Origin: Prochlorococcus sp. AG-459-D04
GTDB lineage: Bacteria; Cyanobacteriota; Cyanobacteriia; PCC-6307; Cyanobiaceae
NCBI GenBank assembly: GCA_003212035.1
Contig: QCRA01000002.1
Coordinates: 10,032-74,031, forward strand
DNA: 64,000 nt
Direction of reading: 5' to 3'
In this document: one piece after another, positions 10,909 through 20,351 of the stretch
Position numbering within the stretch: the stretch's first letter is position 1
Layout of the letters: every line of letters starts with the position of its first letter
Position numbers and translations under genes: made by a program
The notes under the pieces: generated by a model
Told to the model about the DNA's origin: nothing
Seen by the model: the letters and a program-made list of their open reading frames with translations, nothing else
Databases searched by the model: none

Positions 10909-11526
10909 TTAGTTCTTATCTTGAAATATAGTACTTAAACGCGATAGAGGATTCCCAATACCCGGGACTAATAATTGTGTTTTTTCGTCTTCCTCATCTA
11001 TGCAAGAAGTGTAAATTACCTGATTAGGGAGTAATTTCGCAATTTCATTTAACCCTTTATTTGAGCAAATAGCTGTTATTACAAGAATCCTATTTGAATC
11101 AACACCTAATTCCTTTAATTTAATTAAAGTTTCTAATGTTGCTGATTTTGTCGTTATTTGTCCTGAATAAAATATAACTCCTTCATTTGATTCAATAGTT
11201 TTAGGAAGTTCTCCTAATGAGATGGTTGAATTAGGAATTACTTCTTTAGATCCAAACCAAAGAGATAACCCTTCGGGCAACATTGCGAGCACTTTTATTG
11301 GATAATCATTGTTAATAAAGAATCCATCTGCGTCTCCATTATCAGTATTTACTATTTCTTTTTTATATGGCAGCCAATTCCGTAATGCTTCATATGTAAG
11401 CCATTTCCCTAATTGCTCATATCCAGTTGAGTACAAAATATTTGGAGTATTTTTTTCTCGCAATATTGAAAGCCAATGTTTTATTAATGGATGAGGAGGA
11501 ACAATAACCTTTAGTGACATTGCCAT
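10909..11526 (-). CDS. upp: uracil phosphoribosyltransferase-like protein (degenerate motifs)
   Basis: PPHPLIKHWLSILR, LGKWLTYEA, C-terminal VPGIGN; PRPP motif not conserved. Confidence 0.7.
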   Translation of the reverse strand: MAMSLKVIVPPHPLIKHWLSILREKNTPNILYSTGYEQLGKWLTYEALRNWLPYKKEIVNTDNGDADGFFINNDYPIKVLAMLPEGLSLWFGSKEVIPNSTISLGELPKTIESNEGVIFYSGQITTKSATLETLIKLKELGVDSNRILVITAICSNKGLNEIAKLLPNQVIYTSCIDEEDEKTQLLVPGIGNPLSRLSTIFQDKN

Positions 11527-11589
11527 ATATTTTCCTTTAAGATACTCTTACAAACTTTAAATACTTAAGTTCTAAAATACAGTCTTATT

Positions 11590-12102
11590 ATGATTAAATC
11601 AATTGTTTTACCTTCACTAAAGAATGCATTAATTACTTTGTTATTCGTTGGGATTTTATTTTTTAATTCTGTAAATTCTGCATGGGCTAAAAGACCTCCT
11701 GAGATTAGAAACCAACAAGACCTTAATTTAGAGCCAGATATGCATGGTCAAGACTTAAGCGGTAACGAATACGTTAAGTTTGATTTGAACGGGTTTAATT
11801 TCAGTGAAAGTAATTTAGAAGGGGCTGTGTTCAATAATAGTAAATTGCAAAACTCAAAGTTTACTGGAGCAAATTTAAGAGATGCACTAGCTTATGCAAC
11901 AGACTTTACAGATGCTGATCTTTCGGATGTTAATTTTACTAATGCTTTATTAATGGAGAGTAATTTTGAAGGTGCGAAAATAGATGGTGCAGATTTTACT
12001 GATGCTGTTCTTAGTCGTACACAACAAAAACAGTTATGTGCGATTGCTAATGGCACGAATAGTTCTACAGGAGAAAGTACAGAATATAGCTTAGGTTGTT
12101 AA
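11590..12102 (+). CDS. pentapeptide repeat protein, exported or lumenal
   Basis: signal peptide (AWA) and A(D/N)(L/F)xx repeats: ANLRD, ADLSD, ADFTD. Confidence 0.9.
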   Translation: MIKSIVLPSLKNALITLLFVGILFFNSVNSAWAKRPPEIRNQQDLNLEPDMHGQDLSGNEYVKFDLNGFNFSESNLEGAVFNNSKLQNSKFTGANLRDALAYATDFTDADLSDVNFTNALLMESNFEGAKIDGADFTDAVLSRTQQKQLCAIANGTNSSTGESTEYSLGC

Positions 12103-12111
12103 TCATCAAAG

Positions 12112-13164
12112 ATGAAAAAAAAAATACCAGTTATAGTTGTTTCTGGATTTCTTGGTTCAGGTAAAACAACTTTTCTAAGATATCTATTAAAAGATAGTAA
12201 TAGAAAATTTGGTTTAATAATTAATGAATTTGGTGATGTTGGAATTGACGGTGATTTGATTAAAAGTTGTAATAAATGTGATGAATCTGAAGACGATTGC
12301 GTAATTGAATTAAACAATGGATGTTTATGTTGTACTGTTCAAGATGATTTTGTTCCATCAATAAAAGCTCTCCTAGAATTTAATCCTCCTATCGAATCAA
12401 TAATTATCGAAACAAGTGGCTTGGCACTACCAATTCCCTTAATTCAAGCACTTAACTGGCCTGAGATTCGGTCTTCCATCTACCTTGATGCTGTTGTTGG
12501 TATCGTTAATGGAGAATCAATGCTTAATGGTTCGCCAATTAACGATTTAAATAAAATAACAAAACAATATAATGAAACAGATAAAATTGATCACAACGCT
12601 TCTATAGATGAGCTTTTTGAGGAGCAACTAGAAGTTTCTGATATCGTTTTAGTCTCTAGATCAGATATCTTAAATGATGATCAGTTTGACGTTGTAAAAA
12701 ATAAAATTCAAGGAAGTCTAAATTCATCTACACCAGTCCTTAAATCCAAGAATGGCAAAATTGATTTAAATTATCTATTTGATTTTAATTTTAAAAAAGA
12801 GACTTATAAAGAATTTTTAACTGAAGAACATGACCATAATCATGTTGAGCTTGTAACAGATTCATTTAAATTAAATTATTTCCTTGAAAAAAATGACTTT
12901 GAAAAGGAAATGTCAAAAATCTTGGATGAATTAAACATTCTTCGAATAAAAGGACGCATTTGGATACCAAATAAATCATTGCCTTTACAAATACAAATTG
13001 TTGGGAAGAAAATTAATACTTGGTTCGAAGAAGCTCCAGACAATTGTTGGAAACCAAATGATAATGCTGGGCTTGAATTAGTAATAATTTCCTTTGATGA
13101 AAAATCTATAAAAACTTTCAATAGAAAAATTAAAGAGAAATTTAAGATTTTAAGTAACCCATAA
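12112..13164 (+). CDS. cobW: CobW/COG0523 family GTPase metallochaperone
   Basis: GFLGSGKTT, NEFG, GCLCCT, IETSGLA, HDHNH, LRIKG. Confidence 0.85.
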   Translation: MKKKIPVIVVSGFLGSGKTTFLRYLLKDSNRKFGLIINEFGDVGIDGDLIKSCNKCDESEDDCVIELNNGCLCCTVQDDFVPSIKALLEFNPPIESIIIETSGLALPIPLIQALNWPEIRSSIYLDAVVGIVNGESMLNGSPINDLNKITKQYNETDKIDHNASIDELFEEQLEVSDIVLVSRSDILNDDQFDVVKNKIQGSLNSSTPVLKSKNGKIDLNYLFDFNFKKETYKEFLTEEHDHNHVELVTDSFKLNYFLEKNDFEKEMSKILDELNILRIKGRIWIPNKSLPLQIQIVGKKINTWFEEAPDNCWKPNDNAGLELVIISFDEKSIKTFNRKIKEKFKILSNP

Positions 13165-13172
13165 ATAGCAAT

Positions 13173-13201
13173 TTGACTTTATAGTTAGCTGCCGGGATAC
13201 T
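13173..13201 (+). promoter_or_regulatory. sigma70-like promoter for the downstream small ORF
   Basis: TTGACT-N17-GATACT. Confidence 0.5.
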
Positions 13202-13222
13202 TACTACAGTAGACAGCCCAAG

Positions 13223-13387
13223 ATGGAAAATTCAAAAATTGCTTTAAAACAAATAATCTCTGACGACGTTACTTCAATTGATAAAATAAAATGTTCAAAA
13301 TGTGGAGGGGCAGGAAATTTTAAGACACATGAAAATTCAAGAAGAACTTGCTTAGTTTGTTTTGGTAGAGGCTATATAAACATTTAA
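13223..13387 (+). CDS. 54-aa stand-alone DnaJ-type zinc-finger microprotein (not in ORF track)
   Basis: manual translation MENSKIALKQIISDDVTSIDKIKCSKCGGAGNFKTHENSRRTCLVCFGRGYINI; two CxxCxGxG motifs. Confidence 0.75.
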   Translation: MENSKIALKQIISDDVTSIDKIKCSKCGGAGNFKTHENSRRTCLVCFGRGYINI

Positions 13388-13486
13388 TAACTCAGAAAAC
13401 CTTAAGGTAAAAAAATATTTGTTTATTAATCTATAGTACTTTTTATTAAAATTTAAACTAATCTTCTATTAGAAATTAATTTTTAA

Positions 13487-13741
13487 TTGGACCAATTTGC
13501 TGTAAAAGTTTTTGTAAGACTAAGACCCTCAGTTTTAGATCCAGCAGGGGAAGCTACTAAATCTGCTTCTATAAAACTTGGAGCCGAGGGAATAAAATCA
13601 TTACGTATAGGAAAGATGATTGAGGTGAAAATAGAAGGTAATGGTGAAAACGAAGTAAGAGAAAAAATTGATTTATTGTGTGATAGGTTATTCGCAAATA
13701 CAGTTATTGAAGATTATGAGTATTCACTAGAAAAATTATAA
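13487..13741 (+). CDS. purS: phosphoribosylformylglycinamidine synthase subunit PurS
   Basis: [24 protein letters not shown]; adjacent to purQ. Confidence 0.93.
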   Translation: MDQFAVKVFVRLRPSVLDPAGEATKSASIKLGAEGIKSLRIGKMIEVKIEGNGENEVREKIDLLCDRLFANTVIEDYEYSLEKL

Positions 13742-13742
13742 G

Positions 13743-14408
13743 ATGGATAATTTTACTGTAGGAGTTGTTGTCTTCCCTGGTTCTAATTGTGATCGTGATG
13801 TTTCATGGGCATTGGAAGGTTGTCTAGACATAAGAACAAAATACTTGTGGCATGAGTCTTCAGATTTAAGTGATGTAGATGCAATAGTTTTACCTGGAGG
13901 ATTTAGCTATGGTGATTATTTAAGATGCGGAGCAATTGCTAGATTCTCTCCATTAATAAATGCCTTGGATGAGTTTGTTAAAAGCGGGAAAAGAGTTTTA
14001 GGAATTTGTAATGGGTTTCAAATTTTGACTGAATCAGGATTTTTGCCTGGTGCTCTTGTTGCAAATAAAAATCTTAATTTCATCTGTGATGACGTTGAAC
14101 TGGATATTGTTTCTTCAAAAGGAGGTTGGTTTAATAATGTAGATGAAAAACAAACTATTAAATTGCCAATAGCGCATGGGGAGGGAAGATATCATTGTGA
14201 TTCTGATACTTTAAAAAAACTTGTAGATAATGAATTGATTGCTTTGAGATATAAAAATAATCCTAATGGGTCTTCATTCGATATTGCAGGCATAACTAAT
14301 GAAAAGGGAAATGTTCTAGGTTTAATGCCTCATCCAGAGCGAGCATGTGACAAGACAATTGGTGGGACTGATGGTCTCTTTACATTAAAATCATTAATAT
14401 TGAAATAA
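13743..14408 (+). CDS. purQ: phosphoribosylformylglycinamidine synthase subunit PurQ
   Basis: [30 protein letters not shown]. Confidence 0.97.
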   Translation: MDNFTVGVVVFPGSNCDRDVSWALEGCLDIRTKYLWHESSDLSDVDAIVLPGGFSYGDYLRCGAIARFSPLINALDEFVKSGKRVLGICNGFQILTESGFLPGALVANKNLNFICDDVELDIVSSKGGWFNNVDEKQTIKLPIAHGEGRYHCDSDTLKKLVDNELIALRYKNNPNGSSFDIAGITNEKGNVLGLMPHPERACDKTIGGTDGLFTLKSLILK

Positions 14409-14440
14409 AAAAAGACCCCAAATTTTGGAGGTCCTTTTTT
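14408..14440. terminator. bidirectional intrinsic terminator between convergent purQ and fbaA
   Basis: A-run, GACC-CCAAA/TTTGG-a-GGTC hairpin, T-run. Confidence 0.65.
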
Positions 14441-14458
14441 ATTTAATTTGGGAAGAAA

Positions 14459-15532
14459 TTAAACAGTAGCTTTTACTTTTGGATCTAAATCACCTTTTGC
14501 GTAAAGATCAGCAAAGTAATTTGTGCTGTTTTGTTTGATCTTACTTGCTTGACCTTCGCACCAGAACTGCTTGTATCTATCAAGACAAACTTGCTTCATA
14601 TATTTTCTAGCAGGTTTGTTGAAATGTCTTGGGTCAAAGTTTGCCTTATCAGCAAATGCTGCCTCTCTGACCGCGGCAGTGAAAGCAAGTCTGTTATCGG
14701 TATCAATATTGACTTTCCTAACTCCATTTCTTATCCCCTCTTGAATCTCTTCAACAGGAACACCATATGTTTGAGGAATTTCACCACCATATTTATTAAT
14801 GATATCCAACCATTCTTGAGGAACTGAACTAGATCCATGCATTACAAGATGGGTATTTGGAAGTGCTTTATGAATTTCAGCAATTCTGCTTATTGCAAGA
14901 ACTTCTCCTGTAGGTTTTCTCGTGAATTTATAAGCACCATGACTTGTACCTATAGCAATAGCTAATGCATCAACTTTTGTTTTAGCAACAAAATCTGCCG
15001 CTTCTTCAGGATCAGTCAAAAGCATATCTGTAGAAAGTTCACCTTCAAATCCATGACCATCTTCTGCTTCACCTTTCCCTGTTTCTAATGAACCTAAGCA
15101 ACCTAATTCTCCTTCAACACTAACTCCAACTGAATGAGCAAAATCTACTACTTTTTTAGTAACTGCAACATTATATTCGTAACTAGCGGGTGTTTTTGCA
15201 TCTGCCTCTAGAGAACCATCCATCATTACTGATGTGAAACCATTTATTGCTGCTGAATAGCATGTTGATGGCTCATTACCATGGTCTTGGTGCATTACTA
15301 CTGGAATATTGGGATATGTTTCTGTAGCGGCAAGTATTAGATGACGTAGGAAAATTTCTCCTGCATAATTTCTTGCCCCTCTTGAAGCTTGGAGGATTAC
15401 AGGACTATCAGTTTCATATGCTGCTTCCATGATTGCTTGAACTTGCTCAAGGTTATTAACATTGAAAGCTGGAATACCGTAATTATTCTCAGCAGCGTGA
15501 TCTAAAAGTAGTCTTAGTGGAACGAGGGCCAT
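14459..15532 (-). CDS. fbaA: fructose-bisphosphate aldolase class II (Calvin-cycle subtype)
   Basis: [37 protein letters not shown]. Confidence 0.96.
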   Translation of the reverse strand: MALVPLRLLLDHAAENNYGIPAFNVNNLEQVQAIMEAAYETDSPVILQASRGARNYAGEIFLRHLILAATETYPNIPVVMHQDHGNEPSTCYSAAINGFTSVMMDGSLEADAKTPASYEYNVAVTKKVVDFAHSVGVSVEGELGCLGSLETGKGEAEDGHGFEGELSTDMLLTDPEEAADFVAKTKVDALAIAIGTSHGAYKFTRKPTGEVLAISRIAEIHKALPNTHLVMHGSSSVPQEWLDIINKYGGEIPQTYGVPVEEIQEGIRNGVRKVNIDTDNRLAFTAAVREAAFADKANFDPRHFNKPARKYMKQVCLDRYKQFWCEGQASKIKQNSTNYFADLYAKGDLDPKVKATV

Positions 15533-15591
15533 AATTAAAATAAGTTAAATGCTATATAAAGCATATGTTTCCGAGAGTTTAGTATAAAGAG

Positions 15592-15605
15592 GTATCAAAT
15601 GTCAC
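15592..15605 (-). promoter_or_regulatory. NtcA/CRP-family-like site upstream of class II aldolase
   Basis: minus strand GTG-ACATTTGA-TAC, 5 nt upstream of TATACT (-10-like). Confidence 0.35.
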
Positions 15606-15679
15606 GTCATTAGATATACAAAATACTAAATTAAAGAAACTAATTTTATGACCCAGAGTATATTTTTAGAATTTTTTAG

Positions 15680-16747
15680 TTAGTAAGTGTAGCCTGCTAC
15701 AAACAATTGCTCATCAGATGAAGGTTGAGATCCTGCTACATAGGCGCCTTTAGATGCTTCAGAGTTTGCTTGAGCTCTTGCTATTAATGCTTTTTGACCT
15801 CCTTTGACTTCGCATCCTTTCCAGGCCTTTAAACATGAGTGCTGTAATGCTCTTCCATAGGAGAATGAAACATTCCATAAAGCTTTCCTGTAAAATGTAT
15901 TCATATTATTTAAATAAACAGAAGCAGCTTCTTCGCTTAACCCTCCTGATAAGAAAACTATTCCAGGAACAGATGCAGGAACACATCTTTCCATAGTTCT
16001 GATTGTCATTTCAGCAACTTTCATAGGATCAGCCTTTGTTGGACAATCTGCTCCATTAACTGTCATAGATGGTTTTAATAGAGTTCCTTCTAAAAAGACT
16101 CCATTTGCTTGACAGGCAATATAAACCTGCTTAATTACCTCTTCTTGTACTTCAGCAGTTTTTTCAATAGTATGGTCTCCGTCCATTAAGATTTCAGGTT
16201 CAATAATTGGTACCAAACCAGATTCTTGAACTGATCTCGCATACCTTGCTAATCCCCAAGCATTCTCCTGAATTGATAGTTTTGAAGGACAACCATCATC
16301 TGTAATTTGCAGAACTGCTCTCCACTTTGCAAATCTGGCACCTTGTTCATAATATTTTGCTGCTCTTTCAACTAACCCATCTAGGCCAGAGCAGAAAGTT
16401 TCTACATCTCCTCCTCCTGGAAGTGGATTTAGGCCTTTATCGACCTTTATACCTGGAATAATACCTAAATCATTTAGTTTCTTAACCATTGACTCACCAT
16501 CTTGGTGATTCTGATAAAGAGTTTCTTCGAAGAGGATTGCTCCACTTATATATTTGCCAAGACCTTCTGTAGTAAAAAGCATTCCTCTATATGCTTTCCT
16601 ATTTTCTTCAGTATTCTCAACGCCAATTCCAGCGAGTCTTTTACCTACTGTTTTAGTGGATTCATCTACCGCTAATATCCCTTTTCCTTTAGATGCTAGT
16701 AATTGAGCATTTTCTTTAAGCTCATTTTTGTAATAATTTAAAGCCAT
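15680..16747 (-). CDS. fructose-bisphosphate aldolase class I (eukaryote-like family)
   Basis: GKGILAVDES, GARFAKWR, VPIIEPE, Schiff-base EGTLLKP, FLSGG, SFSYGRALQ, terminal Tyr. Confidence 0.95.
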   Translation of the reverse strand: MALNYYKNELKENAQLLASKGKGILAVDESTKTVGKRLAGIGVENTEENRKAYRGMLFTTEGLGKYISGAILFEETLYQNHQDGESMVKKLNDLGIIPGIKVDKGLNPLPGGGDVETFCSGLDGLVERAAKYYEQGARFAKWRAVLQITDDGCPSKLSIQENAWGLARYARSVQESGLVPIIEPEILMDGDHTIEKTAEVQEEVIKQVYIACQANGVFLEGTLLKPSMTVNGADCPTKADPMKVAEMTIRTMERCVPASVPGIVFLSGGLSEEAASVYLNNMNTFYRKALWNVSFSYGRALQHSCLKAWKGCEVKGGQKALIARAQANSEASKGAYVAGSQPSSDEQLFVAGYTY

Positions 16748-16820
16748 TCTTTAATAGTTCAGTTCAATTGATTTTTCCAGAATATGAAAAAAAAATAAAA
16801 TCAATCCAATACTTTATCGG

Positions 16821-16834
16821 GTGATAATTGCTAC
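16821..16834 (-). promoter_or_regulatory. NtcA/CRP-family-like site upstream of class I aldolase
   Basis: minus strand GTA-GCAATTAT-CAC. Confidence 0.35.
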
Positions 16835-16850
16835 TTATAAATGTATAGCC

Positions 16851-17948
16851 TTAAATTTTGATACTTATTCCACTTTTCGAAGATTCTCTTATGGCTTCGC
16901 AAACTTTATGACTAGCAAGTCCCTCACATAAGCCTGGGATTACAGGTGTTCTATTAGTTATACTCTGAGCCCATAAATTTTGAATTCTCAAAACTGGAGC
17001 GATTCTCCCATCAGTCCATGTTTTTTCAAAATTAAAACTTGAATCTGCAGTTAGATTTTGTATTTTATTTTCGTTGTTTGAATATTTCAAATTAAAACCA
17101 TGTACATAATCTTTTTGGTTTTCGCTTTTAAGAATAAGTGAACCTTCGCTTCCATATATTTCTAAACTAAATCCTCTACCATTTTTAGAAATCGATGATA
17201 AAGATACCTGACATGGAATAAGATTCGAGCTGTAGTTTGATATTTCTACATTGGCTAAACATACGTCTTCACTCGTAACATCATTTAAATCAGATGAATT
17301 AGGTAAAGGTCTTTTTTTTATTGATGTTGATAACTTGCCAGACACGTTTATTGCTTCTCCAAAAAACCAATTCAACATATCGAATGCATGAGTACCTAAG
17401 GCGCCAATAACTCCTCCACCTTTTTCTTCCAATGAATACCAATTCCAGGATCTTTTGGTGTCGGATCTACTGCCCATTAACCAATCTAATTTGACTAAAT
17501 AAATATCTCCTAAGATGTTTTCATCAATAAGTTTTTTTGTCTGAAGGAAAAGAGGTACTGCTCTATATTCAAAATCAACACATACGCTTAAATTATTAAT
17601 CAAAGATATTCTCTGAAGCTCTTCTATTTCTGAGGAGGATATTGAAACGGGTTTTTCTAGAAGCAAATTTTTATTGTTCTCAAGTGCGCTTTTGGCTAAT
17701 TTAAATCTTGATTCAGGAGGGGTAGCAATTATAATTCCATCAATTTTTGGAGATTTAATTAAGTCATCCCAATCATGAAAAAAATCTAAGCCCGTTTCTT
17801 TTTCTAACATCGATTTTTGTTTTTTCTTGTAATGATAAATAGCTACAGGAGTTAAGTAATCAGACTCTTTTAATGCCTCTAAATGAACTTTTTTACCAAA
17901 CCCTAGTCCAGCTATTGCTATTTTTAATTTTTTATTTTTAGAATTCAT
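16851..17948 (-). CDS. Gfo/Idh/MocA family oxidoreductase
   Basis: GLGFG Rossmann motif, IATPP, LLEKP, GGGVIGALGTHAFD. Confidence 0.88.
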   Translation of the reverse strand: MNSKNKKLKIAIAGLGFGKKVHLEALKESDYLTPVAIYHYKKKQKSMLEKETGLDFFHDWDDLIKSPKIDGIIIATPPESRFKLAKSALENNKNLLLEKPVSISSSEIEELQRISLINNLSVCVDFEYRAVPLFLQTKKLIDENILGDIYLVKLDWLMGSRSDTKRSWNWYSLEEKGGGVIGALGTHAFDMLNWFFGEAINVSGKLSTSIKKRPLPNSSDLNDVTSEDVCLANVEISNYSSNLIPCQVSLSSISKNGRGFSLEIYGSEGSLILKSENQKDYVHGFNLKYSNNENKIQNLTADSSFNFEKTWTDGRIAPVLRIQNLWAQSITNRTPVIPGLCEGLASHKVCEAIRESSKSGISIKI

Positions 17949-17950
17949 TC

Positions 17951-18343
17951 TTATCCATTAATAAACTCTGAACAGCTATTTTCAATAACAATATCTATGA
18001 GTTCATCATTATTAGAAGTTTGCCATTTTGAATTGAATTGAGGTATTCCATTTATGGAAGTATCTTTGAATTTTTTTTCATCGCAATTAATTCTCATTAC
18101 ATAAAGTAATAACTCTCCATTATCATCCGAATTAGTTGGATTTTTAAAGAACTTTGTTAAGACACTTATTTCACCATTTGGAAGCGGCTTAATACTACCT
18201 TTATCAAGCCATTCTTTCCCTTCATTATTCTCTTTTAATAGGACCCAGTCAACATTTCCTATCCCATAAGAATATGGAGCAAAATTTAAAATGAAAAATA
18301 AAAGGCTTAAAGAAAAGTAAAAGAAATTTGAAATAATTCTCAT
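17951..18343 (-). CDS. exported hypothetical protein
   Basis: N-terminal signal peptide, two Cys (RINC, ENSC). Confidence 0.7.
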   Translation of the reverse strand: MRIISNFFYFSLSLLFFILNFAPYSYGIGNVDWVLLKENNEGKEWLDKGSIKPLPNGEISVLTKFFKNPTNSDDNGELLLYVMRINCDEKKFKDTSINGIPQFNSKWQTSNNDELIDIVIENSCSEFING

Positions 18344-18344
18344 T

Positions 18345-19226
18345 TTACATATTTGCTTTTACAAGTTCTTTTACACCATGAATTTTTAAAATTTTAGTCA
18401 AAGTATCTTTGAGATCTTTCCTTTTAACTATTACATCAACAAAACCATGCTCAAGCAGATATTCAGCTGTTTGAAAATTATCGGGTAATTTTTCTCTTAA
18501 TGTTTGTTCTATAACCCTTCTTCCAGCAAAACCAATAAGAGCTTTGGGTTCCGCCAAAATTAAATCACCTAACATTGCAAAGCTTGCTGTTACCCCTCCA
18601 GTGGTTGGATGAGTTAACAAGGGCATATAAAGGAGATTTTTTTCTTTATGTTTTTTTAGTGCTCCAGATATTTTTGCCATTTGCATGAGACTTAACATAC
18701 CTTCTTGCATCCTTGCCCCTCCTGATGCGCAAACAATAAGAATTGGAAAATTTTCTAAAGTTGCTTTCTCAATTATCCTTGTAATTTTTTCACCAACTAC
18801 TGAACCCATGGATCCTCCCATAAATCGAAAATCCATAACAGCTAATGCTAAAGGCATTGAATTTACAGAACAGATACCTGTTACGACTCCATCTCTTAAA
18901 CCTGTACCTGCTTGACTTTCTTTAATTCGATCAGCATAAGCTCTTCTATCTTTAAAACCTAAAGGATCTGTAGGACTTAGTGAACTATCAAACTCCTCGA
19001 ATGAATTTTTGTCAGCAATTATATTTATCCTTTCATCGCTATTAATCCTATTGTGGTGTCCACAATTACTACAAACATTGAAATTTGAAATGAGGTCTTT
19101 TCTATAGGCTACTTGCGAACATTCTGAACATTTAACCCACAAACCATCTCCCTCATCAGTATCTTGCGAAACTTTCCCAACAAATTGATCTTTACGCCTT
19201 GCGGCAAACCAGTCGATTAATGACAC
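18345..19226 (-). CDS. accD: acetyl-CoA carboxylase carboxyltransferase beta subunit
   Basis: CxxC..CxxC zinc finger, [22 protein letters not shown]. Confidence 0.97.
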   Translation of the reverse strand: MSLIDWFAARRKDQFVGKVSQDTDEGDGLWVKCSECSQVAYRKDLISNFNVCSNCGHHNRINSDERINIIADKNSFEEFDSSLSPTDPLGFKDRRAYADRIKESQAGTGLRDGVVTGICSVNSMPLALAVMDFRFMGGSMGSVVGEKITRIIEKATLENFPILIVCASGGARMQEGMLSLMQMAKISGALKKHKEKNLLYMPLLTHPTTGGVTASFAMLGDLILAEPKALIGFAGRRVIEQTLREKLPDNFQTAEYLLEHGFVDVIVKRKDLKDTLTKILKIHGVKELVKANM

Positions 19227-19365
19227 AATGTTTTCTGTTTTTTCTATTTAAATCTAAATTAGGTACTTTTATCAAGAAAGATATATAAAAATTTGAAATC
19301 CTCTAGATTAAAAACTCTTCAAAGTTAAAATTTAATGATTTGAGTTGATAATCCAAAATTAAATA

Positions 19366-20262
19366 TTATTTATTTTTCTCCTCAATCATTTTATGAATTA
19401 TTGGAGTGAGAATTAGTTCCATTGCGAATCCCATTTTTCCTCCATTTACAACTATACTTGTTGGACTTGACATAAATGAATCGTTAATCATTCCAAGCAA
19501 GTATTGAAAATCAATACCCCATTTCTCTCTTGCACCTTTTCTGAAATGTATGATCACAAAGCTCTCATCAGGAGTTGGGATATTCCTGCATATGAAAGGG
19601 TTGGAGGTGTCAATTGTGGGAATTCTTTGGAAATTAATATCGGTTTTGCTGAATTGTGGGCATATGTGATTTATATAATCAGGCATTCTTCTCAATATAG
19701 TATCCACAATGGTTTCCGCTGAGTAACCTCTCTCTGCGTTATCTCTATGGATTTTTTGAATCCACTCTAAATTTGTTATCGGAACAACACCAACAAGCAA
19801 ATCAGCATAAGAGGAAACATTGTATCCATCCCCTTCTACCCCGCCATGCAAACCTTCATAAAAAAGTACATCTGTTCCCTCAGGAATATCTTCCCATGGA
19901 GTAAATTGTCCAGGTTCTAAGGATGTCCCAAGTCTTGTATTATGTTCTTCTGCTTCTTCAAGACTATGTAGATAATATCTTTTCTTTCCTCCTCCAGTTT
20001 CACCATAGATTTTAAAAAGTTCTTCTAACTTGTCAAAAAGATTAGCCTCTGGGCCAAAATGAGAGAAATTTTCACCTTTTGAAAGAGCTTCTGCCATAGC
20101 TTTTTTCATTGGCATTCTTTCAAATCTGTGGTAACTATCACCTTCTACAACTGCCGGAACAATATCTTCTCTTGCAAAAATATGCTCAAAGGCTCTTTTT
20201 ACTGTACTTGTTCCTGCTCCTGAAGATCCTGTTACAGCAACTACTGGATGACGTTTTGACAT
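19366..20262 (-). CDS. prkB: phosphoribulokinase (proteobacterial-type)
   Basis: VTGSSGAGTS, YEGLHG, NLEWIQKIHRD, INFQRIPTIDTSNPF. Confidence 0.93.
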   Translation of the reverse strand: MSKRHPVVAVTGSSGAGTSTVKRAFEHIFAREDIVPAVVEGDSYHRFERMPMKKAMAEALSKGENFSHFGPEANLFDKLEELFKIYGETGGGKKRYYLHSLEEAEEHNTRLGTSLEPGQFTPWEDIPEGTDVLFYEGLHGGVEGDGYNVSSYADLLVGVVPITNLEWIQKIHRDNAERGYSAETIVDTILRRMPDYINHICPQFSKTDINFQRIPTIDTSNPFICRNIPTPDESFVIIHFRKGAREKWGIDFQYLLGMINDSFMSSPTSIVVNGGKMGFAMELILTPIIHKMIEEKNK

Positions 20263-20351
20263 TTTTTAAAAACAATATCTCATGATTCTGACAGGTCATA
20301 TGCCAACTTTATGTTTTACTTAAAAATATTTTTTTATTTATTAATTTTTTT

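Noticed and set aside
11740-12010. Short periodic repeats that might suggest a DNA repeat array
   Set aside because: Explained by protein pentapeptide repeats; no CRISPR-like repeat-spacer structure.
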